From a virus (lineage: Duplodnaviria; Caudoviricetes): a DNA stretch of 24,329 bases. This document shows positions 1 through 7,012 of the stretch, piece after piece. The position numbers were made by a program, and so were the translations under genes. Position 1 is the first letter of the stretch, and each line of letters starts with the position of its first letter. The stretch is taken from IMG/VR virus record IMGVR_UViG_3300032269_000030, positions 1 through 24,329 of that record; one strand, written 5' to 3'. Under the pieces are notes generated by a model, which had not been told where the DNA came from, ran no database searches, and was given only the letters and a program-made list of their open reading frames with translations.

Positions 1-156
1 ATTGCTACTTATGTAAACGTAGGCACATCTGATGTATTGATTACTGCTACTTATGCTTGTGCTGGTACAGCATCTGGCGGTACTGCTACTGTTGGGGTGG
101 TTTACGCTGTTCGTAATTCTGATGGCGGTCAGTTCCAAACAACATTTAATAATTAA
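1..156 (+). CDS. 3' end of a virion structural protein, probably head decoration (5'-truncated)
   Basis: Frame 1 is open from base 1 to TAA at 154-156 (IATYVNVGTSDVLITATYACAGTASGGTATVGVVYAVRNSDGGQFQTTFNN). It is A/T/G/V-rich and beta-strand-like. Function inferred from position and composition only. Confidence 0.7.
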   Translation: MATYVNVGTSDVLITATYACAGTASGGTATVGVVYAVRNSDGGQFQTTFNN

Positions 157-162
157 TCTAAC

Positions 163-184
163 GGGTTAGGGTTTTCCCTGACCC
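163..184 (+). terminator. Intergenic stem-loop (weak terminator or mRNA stability/processing hairpin)
   Basis: GGGTTAGGG-TTTT-CCCTGACCC gives a 9-bp stem with one G-U pair, starting 7 nt after the stop codon. No clean U-tract follows. RBS AGGAG at 197-201 precedes the next ATG. Confidence 0.5.
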
Positions 185-208
185 ACTTAAATCTTTAGGA
201 GATTAATT

Positions 209-715
209 ATGATGCAAACTGACGTCAAAGCAGGACATTTAAACAACACAGGGTTTGTGCTATTAGGTCGTACACGACTTAAAGGTATATCCCTTGTTGG
301 CACTGCTACCGCTGGAACATTAGACATATTTGATACAACCACTGCGCCTGTTACAGATGCAACTTACGCTCGCTCTGGAACAACCATAACTGTTACTAAA
401 ACAGCTCATGGTTTAGTAACTGGCGATGTTCGAGGGTTTTCTTTTGCTTCAATAAGCGGTATTTCTGCTACAAACGGAAACTACTCAATTACCAAAACAG
501 GAGCTAATACATTTACGCTTACTGATATTAACTCAGGAACAATTGCAGCTAGTACAGCAATGGCGTATTCAACTTTGTGGGTTAATTCTTATGATGTTGG
601 TGCAGGTGATTTGTTTGGTAATTTTGCTTTAATTCCAGGAGAAGGCATTCTTATTCAAAACGGTATTTATTTCATAATGACAAACATTACTTCTGCAAAT
701 ATTTATTATGGCTAA
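209..715 (+). CDS. Virion structural protein with an inserted small beta-barrel (E1 FCCH-like) domain
   Basis: AGGAG RBS. T/G/S/A-rich protein. The internal segment TITVTKTAHGLVTGD...NGNYSITKTGANTFTL matches the 'T.T...HGL..GD.V...Y.IT....NTFT' pattern of FCCH-like inserts in phage virion proteins. Confidence 0.75.
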   Translation: MMQTDVKAGHLNNTGFVLLGRTRLKGISLVGTATAGTLDIFDTTTAPVTDATYARSGTTITVTKTAHGLVTGDVRGFSFASISGISATNGNYSITKTGANTFTLTDINSGTIAASTAMAYSTLWVNSYDVGAGDLFGNFALIPGEGILIQNGIYFIMTNITSANIYYG

Positions 716-965
716 GAAAAAAGGTCCCTCTCTTGCGATTGGTCGTGGTGAAAAGTTGCCTGTATCTAAGGGTGCTGGGCTTACCGCCAAAGGTCGTGCT
801 AAATATAATGCGGCTACTGGCTCGAATCTAAAAGCTCCACAGCCCGAAGGTGGCGCTCGTAAAAAATCATTCTGCGCCCGTATGTCTGGGATGCCAGGTC
901 CAATGAAGGACGAAAAAGGCAGACCAACCAGAAAGGCTGCCTCCCTTGCGAGGTGGAAATGTTAA
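708..965 (+). CDS. Small basic phage protein (DUF6321-like)
   Basis: K/R/G-rich 85 aa. NLKAPQPEGGARKKSFCARM...SLARWKC resembles a conserved phage family recalled as DUF6321. Overlaps the upstream stop. Confidence 0.75.
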   Translation: MAKKKGPSLAIGRGEKLPVSKGAGLTAKGRAKYNAATGSNLKAPQPEGGARKKSFCARMSGMPGPMKDEKGRPTRKAASLARWKC

Positions 966-1195
966 ACATGATGGAACTTTGGACTGGTGGGTTAACTATA
1001 TTTGTAGCCCTAATTGGATATATGATGCACGAAAAGTTCAATGAATTAAAACGCATTGATATTTTGTTAAACAAAACAAGAGAAGAGGTAGCCCGTGATA
1101 ACGTTACTAAAGCAGAAGTTGAGCGCATTATGGAACACATTGATTCAAGGTTTAACAAACTTGAAAACAAAATTGATGAGCTTATTCGGAAATAA
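959..1195 (+). CDS. Small membrane protein: one N-terminal TM helix plus coiled coil
   Basis: Hydrophobic LWTGGLTIFVALIGYMM followed by a charged heptad-like tail (RFNKLENKIDELIRK). Start is ambiguous (GTG 953, ATG 959, 968 or 971). Confidence 0.75.
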   Translation: MLNMMELWTGGLTIFVALIGYMMHEKFNELKRIDILLNKTREEVARDNVTKAEVERIMEHIDSRFNKLENKIDELIRK

Positions 1196-1198
1196 ATA

Positions 1199-1759
1199 AT
1201 GCCATCAACAAGTAAAAAACAACACAACTTTATGGCAGCTGTAGCGCATAGCCCAGAATTTGCCAAAAGAACTGGTGTTTCTATGGATGTTGGTTCAGAA
1301 TTTATGGAAGCAGATAAAGGCAGAAAATTTCGCACTGGTAGAGCATCACCTAAAGCTGGAATAAATAAACAAAAAACTCATCATGGTGATACGCAAATGC
1401 CTAATGCCATGCTTAACAAATATATCGGACATAAAGACGGAGGAATGATGAAAGCTGTAGATTCTAAAAAAAATCCAGGATTAGCAAAACTACCAACCGA
1501 AGTGAGGAATAAAATGGGATACATGAAAAAAGGCGGCATGACTGATGCCAAAGAAGATATGAAAATGGATAAAGGGCAAGACAAAGCCATGATTAAAAAA
1601 GCCTTTAAACAGCACGATATGCAAGAGCATAAAGGTGGTAAAGGCACAACTTTAAAATTAGCTAAAGGTGGTTCATTCCGTTCTTCTGCTAATGGCATTG
1701 CAACCAAAGGCAAAACTAAAGGCACAATGGTTAAGATGAAAATGGGTGGTAAGTGCTAA
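1199..1759 (+). CDS. Basic K/M/G-rich modular protein, putative capsid-internal protein
   Basis: 186 aa, very K/M/G-rich. Contains HKDGG, MKKGG, LAKGG and MKMGG motifs and an ANGIATKGKTKG motif. Abuts both neighbouring genes. Confidence 0.8.
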   Translation: MPSTSKKQHNFMAAVAHSPEFAKRTGVSMDVGSEFMEADKGRKFRTGRASPKAGINKQKTHHGDTQMPNAMLNKYIGHKDGGMMKAVDSKKNPGLAKLPTEVRNKMGYMKKGGMTDAKEDMKMDKGQDKAMIKKAFKQHDMQEHKGGKGTTLKLAKGGSFRSSANGIATKGKTKGTMVKMKMGGKC

Positions 1760-2155
1760 ATGCCAGTTGAGCCTATAGATCCTTCTAAAAAAGCTGGCGG
1801 TGATGGGAACGAAAAATATACTCCTCCCAAGGAAAAGTTTGGTCTTAGCGAATACGATAAAACGGCTGAAAAAGTGAAGTTAGAAAACGAAAAAGCTAAA
1901 GCTGAAGCACATAGAATGGCAGAAGAGCACAGGGCAAAAGTAGAGGCTGAACGCCCACGCACCTATGCTGAAAGACTTCAAGACATGGGTAGATTACCTA
2001 AACCTACAGGCGGTGGTGGCGGTGGTATGGGTGGTAATAAATTAAGCAACCGTGATCTTACAAGAGCATACAAATCAGGCGGTAAGGTATCTTCTGCATC
2101 TAAACGTGCAGATGGTTGCTGCATCAAAGGCAAGACCAAAGGAAGAATGATATGA
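1760..2155 (+). CDS. Small charged protein with poly-Gly linker, YKSGG and C-terminal RADG..KGKTKG motif
   Basis: ATG directly follows the upstream TAA. The C-terminus is similar to that of 1199-1759. Confidence 0.8.
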   Translation: MPVEPIDPSKKAGGDGNEKYTPPKEKFGLSEYDKTAEKVKLENEKAKAEAHRMAEEHRAKVEAERPRTYAERLQDMGRLPKPTGGGGGGMGGNKLSNRDLTRAYKSGGKVSSASKRADGCCIKGKTKGRMI

Positions 2156-2403
2156 GACCAAGCCGTGGTATGGGCGATATAAACCCTTCCAAAATGCCTA
2201 CAGGAAAACGTAAAGCTCGTAGAGATGACACGGACTTTACTCAGTATGCAGCTGGTGGAAAAGTTGGACTTTATGAAAATATTCATAAAAAGCAAGCACG
2301 TATTGCGGCTGGCTCTGGTGAAAAGATGCGTAAGCCTGGGTCTAAAGGTGCGCCTACTAAAGCAGACTTTATTAAATCCGCTAAAACAGCGAAGAAAAAA
2401 TAA
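2152..2403 (+). CDS. Small basic two-module protein (MRPSRGMG... / YAAGG / GLYENIHKK...KPGSKGAPT)
   Basis: ATGA overlap with the upstream stop at 2152-2155 favours this start over the TTG at 2116, giving 83 aa. The C-terminal half resembles a small basic phage protein recalled as stand-alone in other aquatic phages. Confidence 0.8.
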   Translation: MRPSRGMGDINPSKMPTGKRKARRDDTDFTQYAAGGKVGLYENIHKKQARIAAGSGEKMRKPGSKGAPTKADFIKSAKTAKKK

Positions 2404-3344
2404 TGACAACTACAGGTACCACCTCGTTTAACCTAAACATGAACGACCTCATTGAGGAGGCGTTTGAGCGTTGTGGTTTAGAGTTGCGTACTGGTTATGA
2501 TTTTAGAACCGCTAGACGGTCTCTGAACCTGCTTACTATTGAATGGGCCAATCGTGGTATTAACCTATGGACAGTAGATCAAGGGCAGATTGCTTTGGTT
2601 ACTGGACAGGCTATGTATCCTATTCCAGTAGACACAATAGATTTAATGGATATGGTTATTCGTCAAAACAATGGCAATTTTGCTAATCAAATTGACATTA
2701 ACATTAGCCGTATTGCAGAGCCTACATACATGTCTTTGCCTAATAAATTAGCACAAGGACGCCCTATTCAGGTATGGATTAACCGTCAGTCAGGCAATAC
2801 CGATGCAATAGCTACAACTACACTGGCAAATAATACTGGTGGAACAATTAGCTCTTCAGCTACTTCTATTACAGTAGCTTCTGTAGTTGATCTTCCTTCA
2901 TCTGGCTTTGTAAAAATTGATAATGAAACAATAAGCTATCCCAATATTGTAGGAAATGTTCTAACTAATTGCGCCCGTGGTCAAAATGGAACTACTGCAG
3001 CTTCCCATACTAATGGTGCAGAAGTAACCATTCAGTATTTGCCATGTATAAATATATGGCCTACCCCTAATTCTCCAGGCAACCAATATACGTTTGTTTA
3101 TTACCGTATGCGTAGAATTCAAGACGCTGGAACTGGCGTTAGAGAACAAGATATTCCTTTCCGTTTTATTCCTTGCATGGTAGCTGGTTTAGCATATCAA
3201 TTAAGCGTTAAATTGCCAGGTGTAGATCCAAATAGAATAATGATGTTAAAAACTGATTATGAACAGCAATTCCAACTAGCAGCAGATGAGGATAGAGATA
3301 AGGCTCCCGTAAGATTCGTTCCAAGGAATTTATTTTATGCCTAG
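2403..3344 (+). CDS. Head-tail adaptor/connector-like protein with inserted beta domain
   Basis: N-terminal helix (DLIEEAFERCG...ARRSLNLLTIEW), central beta region with IWPTP...YTFVYY, and C-terminal helices (IPFRFIPCMVAGLAYQL). This architecture is typical of podovirus adaptor ring proteins. Insert at about 2814-3029. Confidence 0.7.
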   Translation: MTTTGTTSFNLNMNDLIEEAFERCGLELRTGYDFRTARRSLNLLTIEWANRGINLWTVDQGQIALVTGQAMYPIPVDTIDLMDMVIRQNNGNFANQIDINISRIAEPTYMSLPNKLAQGRPIQVWINRQSGNTDAIATTTLANNTGGTISSSATSITVASVVDLPSSGFVKIDNETISYPNIVGNVLTNCARGQNGTTAASHTNGAEVTIQYLPCINIWPTPNSPGNQYTFVYYRMRRIQDAGTGVREQDIPFRFIPCMVAGLAYQLSVKLPGVDPNRIMMLKTDYEQQFQLAADEDRDKAPVRFVPRNLFYA

Positions 3345-3759
3345 CCAGTATGCCTCTGGCAAAAACTCGATTGCTCAATGTGATAGATGTAATTTTAGAT
3401 ACAAGCTAAAGGTACTTAAGACGCAGACGGTAAAAACAAAACCTTTTAAAATTAAAGTTTGCCCTGCTTGTTGGGATCCAGATCATCCGCAGTTGCAATT
3501 AGGTATGTACCCAGTAAATGATCCACAAGCAGTAAGAGATCCAAGACCCGATGTAAGCTATCAAGTATCTGGAAATAACGGTTTACAGATTAACGGAACA
3601 AACAATACAACCTTACAAGGTGTTGGTTTTCCAGAAGGCGGTAGTAGAATATTTCAGTGGGGCTGGAACCCTGTTGGTGGCTCTAGAGATGACGGATTAA
3701 CACCGAATGATCTTGCCCCATCTTGTTTGGTAGGTAGCGTAACAGTAACAATAACTTAG
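3337..3759 (+). CDS. Zn-binding (CDRC...CPAC) virion-associated protein
   Basis: Two CxxC pairs, a DPQAVRDPRPD motif and C-terminal VGSVTVTIT. Overlaps the adaptor stop. Confidence 0.8.
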   Translation: MPSQYASGKNSIAQCDRCNFRYKLKVLKTQTVKTKPFKIKVCPACWDPDHPQLQLGMYPVNDPQAVRDPRPDVSYQVSGNNGLQINGTNNTTLQGVGFPEGGSRIFQWGWNPVGGSRDDGLTPNDLAPSCLVGSVTVTIT

Positions 3760-3768
3760 GAGTTTATT

Positions 3769-3975
3769 ATGTCATTCAAAAAAGGCGCAAACGGTATTGA
3801 ATCCAAGGGTAAAACCGTTGGTAAAAATTTAGGTGATAGCGGCCCAACAGTCGCTACAATGAAGGGTGCCAGCAAAAAAATGGGCGTTAGCTCTATGGCT
3901 ATGAAAGATATGGGTCGTAACTTAGCTCGTGTTGCTAATCAAGGAATGCGTAAATCAGCTGGAAGGGGTCGATAA
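3769..3975 (+). CDS. Small basic protein starting with the ANG...KGKT.G motif
   Basis: AGGAG RBS upstream. 68 aa, K/G/M-rich. TAATG overlap with the next gene. Confidence 0.8.
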   Translation: MSFKKGANGIESKGKTVGKNLGDSGPTVATMKGASKKMGVSSMAMKDMGRNLARVANQGMRKSAGRGR

Positions 3976-4250
3976 TGGCTAAATTTTCTAAAAAAGTAAT
4001 GGGTAAAGAAATTGGCGATGCCAAAGTTTATGCCAAGCCACACACTATGGATGGTAAGCCAATGAAAACAAATAATGCAAAAGTTGTTGATCCAAATACA
4101 TTGGTTGCAACTTCAGTAAACCCTTCTACACCAGCAATGCGTGTTAGTCTAGGTGACCCAGGCGCAGATAATGTCAAGACTACAGGTATAGAAACCCGTG
4201 GTAATGGCGCAGCTACTAAAGGACGTATTGCACGAGGTCCAATGGCATGA
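3975..4250 (+). CDS. Small basic protein with C-terminal RGNGAATKG motif
   Basis: Coupled to both neighbours (TAATG and ATGA overlaps). 91 aa. Confidence 0.8.
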   Translation: MAKFSKKVMGKEIGDAKVYAKPHTMDGKPMKTNNAKVVDPNTLVATSVNPSTPAMRVSLGDPGADNVKTTGIETRGNGAATKGRIARGPMA

Positions 4251-4906
4251 ATTACACGCAGTTAACTTCTGCGATTAAAGGGTTTGCTGAGAACGATTTC
4301 CCAGCTACTGTAGGGTCGTTTACCTCTGCTGACCAGATTGCTCGTTTTGTGCAGTTAGCGGAACAGCGCATCTACAATATGGTGCAATTACCTGCTATTC
4401 GTAAAAATGTTACAGGTAACTTTACTTCAGGAAATAGATTCTTAGCAACTCCATCAGACTGGTTATCAACCTTTAGTTTGGCAGTAATTAACACTGCAAA
4501 TGAGACTAGTTACCTACTAAATAAAGATGTTAACTTTATCCGTGAGTCTTTTCCTGATACAGACGCAACTTTTTACGGTAAACCAGAGTATTACGCTGTT
4601 TTTGATGACAATACTTTTATTGTTGGGCCTACCCCAGACGCTAACTATGCTACAGAACTGCATTATTTCTACTATCCTCAGTCTATTGTGACGGCAGGTA
4701 CGACTTGGTTGGGTAATAATTTTGACTCTGCCCTTCTTTATGGATCGTTATTAGAAGCAGCTTTATTTATGAAGTCAGACGCTGATACAATGAATTCTTA
4801 CAAAACTCGTTATGACGATGCAATGGCAGAACTTAAACAGTTAGGCGATGGCAAGAACCGTCAAGACGCTTATAGAAGTGGACAAGTAAGGTATCCAGTA
4901 AAATGA
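4247..4906 (+). CDS. Second adaptor/tail ring-like protein
   Basis: MNYTQL...FVQLAEQRIY N-terminal helix, GKPEYY and VGPTPDANY..ELHY beta motifs, and ALLYGSLLEA..FMK C-terminal helix. Same layout as 2403-3344. Confidence 0.75.
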   Translation: MNYTQLTSAIKGFAENDFPATVGSFTSADQIARFVQLAEQRIYNMVQLPAIRKNVTGNFTSGNRFLATPSDWLSTFSLAVINTANETSYLLNKDVNFIRESFPDTDATFYGKPEYYAVFDDNTFIVGPTPDANYATELHYFYYPQSIVTAGTTWLGNNFDSALLYGSLLEAALFMKSDADTMNSYKTRYDDAMAELKQLGDGKNRQDAYRSGQVRYPVK

Positions 4907-5184
4907 TTAGTGTTCAAGGATTAGGCGAATCCAACGGGATTCAAGTAGCGACCAAAGATTTTGGAGGGTTTACCCCTGAAGAAGTTGCGGAACGTGCATT
5001 AGATAAAATTATTCAGGTGGGGGATCAGTCTCATCCCTTGGTTAGAGAGCAAGCAATTGCCTTTCGTGATCATATCAGGGGAGTGCTAGTTTTTTACATG
5101 AATGAAGCAGTAAAATTTGATCGAGTAACACTAGCTCATAAGCTAAGGGAAGCTGGTCATCCCGAATTAATTAAACTTTTATAG
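4903..5184 (+). CDS. Hypothetical helical phage protein
   Basis: ATGA overlap with the upstream gene. 93 aa, amphipathic helical pattern. No function recognised. Confidence 0.75.
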   Translation: MISVQGLGESNGIQVATKDFGGFTPEEVAERALDKIIQVGDQSHPLVREQAIAFRDHIRGVLVFYMNEAVKFDRVTLAHKLREAGHPELIKLL

Positions 5185-5193
5185 GAGTCCATC

Positions 5194-5631
5194 ATGGCTT
5201 TTACAGGCAATTTTATGTGCACCAGCTTCAAAACTCAGCTAATGACGGCTACGCACAACTTTACAGCTAGTACTGGTAACACGTTTAAACTGGCAATGTA
5301 TGACAATTCAGCATCGTTTACAGCTGCTACAACGGCTTATACGGCAACTAACGAAGTAGCTGCATCTGGTTCATACACTGCTGGTGGCGGGTCATTAACT
5401 AATATCACTCCAACCTCTTCTGGTACTACTGCGTTTACTGACTTTAATGACTTGTCATTTACCTCTGCAACCATTACTGCTTATGGCGCAATGATCTATA
5501 ACAGCAGTGCTGCAGGTAATCCAGCTGTATGTATCCTAGATTTTGGCGGCGCTAAAACTTCAACGTCAGGTACATTTACAATTGTGTTCCCAACAGCAGA
5601 CGCAAGCAACGCTATTATCCGCATAGCCTAG
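5194..5631 (+). CDS. Small beta-rich virion fibre/tail-associated subunit
   Basis: AGGAG RBS. The motifs TFKLAMY, NEV...GYTAGG, DF.D.SFT.ATITA.GA.IYN and LDFGG.KTST.GTFTI.FP match a widespread phage structural family. Confidence 0.75.
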   Translation: MAFTGNFMCTSFKTQLMTATHNFTASTGNTFKLAMYDNSASFTAATTAYTATNEVAASGSYTAGGGSLTNITPTSSGTTAFTDFNDLSFTSATITAYGAMIYNSSAAGNPAVCILDFGGAKTSTSGTFTIVFPTADASNAIIRIA

Positions 5632-5641
5632 GAATGGCTAA

Positions 5642-6610
5642 GTGCCAACTTATGCGGGCTGGGGAAGTGGTCCATGGAGCGGTGGTCCTTGGGGCGAAGA
5701 CTACGCTGATGTAGCAGTCGTACTGGGTGGTTGGGGCTATGGCGGGTGGGGCGAAAGCCCTTGGGGTCAAGGTAGTTCAGCGGTAACAGCAACAGGACAG
5801 GTAGGTTCAGTAACCGTACAAACTACTCAAAACATTAATGTCAATGTAACAGGAGTATCTGGAACAGGGCAGTTAGGTAGCGTAACGGTAACGGGAGCGG
5901 CAGTTGTTAGTCCAGCAGGGCTTTCTGGTGCGGGACAAGTTGGTAGCGTAACTGTTACTGGCGTAGCAAATGTTAGTGTTACAGGCGTATTAGGAACAGT
6001 TTCTGTAGGGTCTGTTGTAGCGCAAGCTGGGGCTAGTGTTTCAGTTTCTGGGTTATCAAGTACAGGCAGAGTTGGTTCAGTTACGGTAACGGCTGGAGCT
6101 AATGTTTCTGTAACGGGAGTTAGTGGTTCTGGGGCAATAGGCAGTGTAACGGTTAGTAGCGCCCTTATAGTTAATTTAACTGGGGTTTCTGGTACAGCAA
6201 GTGTAGGCGCAGCAACAGTTGCAATAGGCAAAGATGTTTCAGTTACGGGTGTATCTGCTACGGGTAGCGTTGGTTCCGTAACGGTTCAACAAGGTACTGG
6301 AGTTTCGGTTACAGGAGTAGCAGGAACAATAAGAGTTGGTAGTGTTTCTGTAACAGGCACTGCAGTTGTAAACGTTACAGGTGTAGCTGGTACGGTAGCT
6401 GTAGGAACGGTAGTAGTTACCCCTAGTATCCCAGTCTTAGTAACAGGCGTACAGGCTATAGGAAGAGTTGGAAGTGTAACAGTTGCAGCCTCAGCTAGTG
6501 TTAGTGTAGTAGGAGTACAAGGTACAGGACAGGTTGGGTCAGTGCTGATTTGGGAAGTAATTAACGATAATCAAACTCCAAACTGGACAATTATTAGGAC
6601 GGCAGCATGA
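5642..6610 (+). CDS. Repeat fibre/scaffold protein with Gly-Trp N-terminus and about 12 repeats of 22 aa
   Basis: GTG start after AGGA. Two W-x4-W-x4-W Gly-rich motifs, then xVxVTGVSGTGxVGSVTVxxxx repeats, then C-terminal WEVINDNQTPNW. Confidence 0.8.
   Translation: MPTYAGWGSGPWSGGPWGEDYADVAVVLGGWGYGGWGESPWGQGSSAVTATGQVGSVTVQTTQNINVNVTGVSGTGQLGSVTVTGAAVVSPAGLSGAGQVGSVTVTGVANVSVTGVLGTVSVGSVVAQAGASVSVSGLSSTGRVGSVTVTAGANVSVTGVSGSGAIGSVTVSSALIVNLTGVSGTASVGAATVAIGKDVSVTGVSATGSVGSVTVQQGTGVSVTGVAGTIRVGSVSVTGTAVVNVTGVAGTVAVGTVVVTPSIPVLVTGVQAIGRVGSVTVAASASVSVVGVQGTGQVGSVLIWEVINDNQTPNWTIIRTAA
5777..6550 (+). repeat. Degenerate 66-nt (22-aa) coding tandem repeat, about 12 units
   Basis: Example units: NVNVTGVSGTGQLGSVTVTGAA, NVSVTGVSGSGAIGSVTVSSAL, DVSVTGVSATGSVGSVTVQQGT. 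Conserved at protein level and diverged in DNA. Confidence 0.9.
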
Positions 6611-6975
6611 GTGATGTCAGCATAGCTTTAGGCGGATTTGGTAGCCAAAGCTGGGGCACAGCTGCTTGGGGTAGAGGAAATGTATCAGTTGTAGCTACAG
6701 GCTCAGTAGGGTCTGTGACTATTATAGTAAACCCAGTTGAAGTTACAGGGGTTGCTGGAATAGGTAGGGTAGGGTCAGTTTCTATAGCAGGAGCGGCTAA
6801 TGTTCCAGTTACGGGATTACGTGCTACGGCATCTGTTGGAACGGTTACTGTAGAAACAGGAAATATAATTGTAAATGTGGTTGGAGTTAGCGGCACGGCA
6901 AGCGTGACTTCTGTAGCAGTTTGGATTACGATTAACGACAATCAGACCCCAAACTGGGTTGAAATAGCAGCATAG
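6607..6975 (+). CDS. Short paralogue of the repeat fibre protein (about 4 repeats)
   Basis: ATGA overlap. F-x4-W-x4-W N-terminus, the same repeats, and an identical INDNQTPNW C-terminal motif. Confidence 0.85.
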   Translation: MSDVSIALGGFGSQSWGTAAWGRGNVSVVATGSVGSVTIIVNPVEVTGVAGIGRVGSVSIAGAANVPVTGLRATASVGTVTVETGNIIVNVVGVSGTASVTSVAVWITINDNQTPNWVEIAA

Positions 6976-6987
6976 AATGTGTATTAT
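6959..6987 (+). promoter_or_regulatory. Candidate sigma70-type promoter upstream of the tail fibre gene
   Basis: TTGAAA (6959-6964), 17 nt, TATTAT (6982-6987), each 5/6 to consensus, at one of the few intergenic gaps. AAGGA RBS before ATG 7013. The AT-rich background makes a chance match possible. Confidence 0.35.
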
Positions 6988-7012
6988 TAACATAATAAAG
7001 TAAGGACGGATT

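Noticed and set aside
353-556. FCCH-like domains plus GG motifs as a ubiquitin-like conjugation system
   Set aside because: FCCH-like inserts are common structural add-ons in virion proteins. No E1 adenylation, E2, JAB or beta-grasp protein is recognisable, and the GG motifs are internal.
2116-2151. Upstream extension of the 95-aa ORF, and likewise 10515-10526 of the 74-aa ORF
   Set aside because: ATGA stop/start overlaps at 2152 and 10527 are the more plausible coupled starts.
5634-5714. ATG at 5634 as the start of the repeat protein or of a small ORF
   Set aside because: It is out of frame with the repeat gene and closes after 26 codons. GTG 5642 is suitably spaced from AGGA.
5777-6920. 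Periodic repeats as a possible CRISPR array or DGR template/variable pair
   Set aside because: The repeats are in-frame, conserved only as protein and have no spacers. There is no adenine-specific mismatch pattern and no reverse transcriptase or cas gene in the window.
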